Notes under the pieces: model-generated
Databases searched by the model: none
The model's input: the letters and a program-made list of their open reading frames with translations, nothing else
Told to the model about the DNA's origin: nothing
Part shown: in pieces, positions 63,178 through 64,000 of the stretch
Numbering within the stretch: position 1 is the first letter of the stretch
Layout of the letters: each line of letters opens with the position of its first letter
NCBI RefSeq assembly: GCF_023055435.1
Contig: NW_025964223.1
Span: 50,282,001 to 50,346,000, forward strand
Source: Haliotis rufescens
Lineage: Eukaryota
DNA length: 64,000 nucleotides
Direction of reading: 5' to 3'
Made by a program: the position numbers and the translations under genes

Positions 63178-63455
63178 TGAGTTAGTGAGTTGGGTTTAAC
63201 GCCGCTTTTAACAGTATTCCAGTTATATCACGGCGTGTCAGCTTAATGTGCGAGGAAAGCCCGAAGTGATGCAGGTCTCAGACGTTTACCACTTCTGTGA
63301 AACCCACGAGCACGGGTATGGTACTGACAAACCTAGAAACATAATCGGGGCGAACCGGGATTCGAACCCACAATCATAGGTTTCTGGCGTGCCTAAGGGA
63401 CGCAACTCTGCACAGCGAATCGCGGCGCCTTAGACGACTGGGCCACCCGTGCCCC
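63178..63455 (-). mobile_element. tRNA-headed SINE family D
   Basis: A box TGGCCCAGTCGTCTAAGG, B box GGTTCGAATCC with an expanded spacer, (CTCA/CTAA) tail; related copies at 45100, about 7650-7810 and about 60835-60985. Confidence 0.75.
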
Positions 63456-63645
63456 CGAAACCAGTTTGACCTCGGCCTTCAACGCCTTCGAGTTATGACC
63501 AAGCAGATTTTGAAAGACTAGAACCAGCCTTGCTTGGACACTGCAAATCGACCTGATCTAGGCCCCCCTTTATTGAGATAACGTGGTATATAACCCACAG
63601 AACCAGTTCACTGCACCAGACTTCAATGATTGTCCTCGTGTCAGA

Positions 63646-63857
63646 GTTTGTTTGTTGTTTAACGCGTCTGGACCAGACAATCTAGTGATTAACATCATGA
63701 GCATCGATCCACGCAATTGGGATAGTATGACATGCATCAACCAAGTCAGGGAGCCTGACCACACGATCCAGTTGGTCGCCTCTTACGACAAGCATAGTCG
63801 CCTTTTACAGCAAGCATGGGTTGTTGTAGGCCTATTCTACCCCGGATCTTCACGGGT
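63646..63857 (-). mobile_element. SINE-like family A copy
   Basis: Homology to the other copies. Confidence 0.78.
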
Positions 63858-63880
63858 CTCTTTTAATGACGTACATGTAC

Positions 63881-64000
63881 ACTGCTGGGAATGATGACGA
63901 TGATGCCTTTGTAATTGATGTCCTTGAGCTCCCGGGGAGTCCCCGACACGACCTTCAGGAGCTTCTTCTGTCTGTCCATCCTGTACACCTGAAGGTCCCT
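63881..64000 (-). CDS. Partial upstream exon of the HECT-like gene (RDLQVYRMDRQKKLLKVVSGTPRELKDINYKGIIVIIPSS), may continue beyond the window
   Basis: Open GC-rich frame, donor AGT|gtacat, phase 0 fits the next exon. Confidence 0.6.

Overview
Animal (eukaryotic) genomic DNA, AT-rich and repeat-rich. The repeat families suggest a marine mollusc, possibly an abalone-like gastropod (inference only). All main genes and elements lie on the minus strand. (1) A complete TRPA1-like ankyrin/6-TM ion channel gene: 24 coding exons between 28887 and 3521, all GT-AG and phase-compatible, 1201 aa, with a probable non-coding first exon and TATA promoter near 36.2 kb. (2) A near-intact two-ORF non-LTR retrotransposon at about 39.3-44.3 kb. 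(3) A young, full-length 10.6-kb Ty3/Gypsy LTR retrotransposon (46220-56856) with 1.77-kb LTRs, an ATAT target-site duplication, a tRNA-Leu PBS and a PPT. It carries an intact, non-envelope ~500-aa zinc-finger ORF in the env position. (4) The 3' four exons of a gene ending in a HECT-like domain that lacks the catalytic Cys, with a decayed Tc1 transposon in one intron. Introns and intergenic DNA contain at least four SINE-like families, MITEs, a Helentron-type element, RT fragments and several minisatellites. The most unusual items are the Gypsy accessory ORF3 and an 88-bp TRPA1 intronic minisatellite in which each unit is an AG/GT-flanked, in-phase 75-nt ankyrin-repeat module. Exon, LTR and TSD coordinates were counted by hand; repeat boundaries are approximate.
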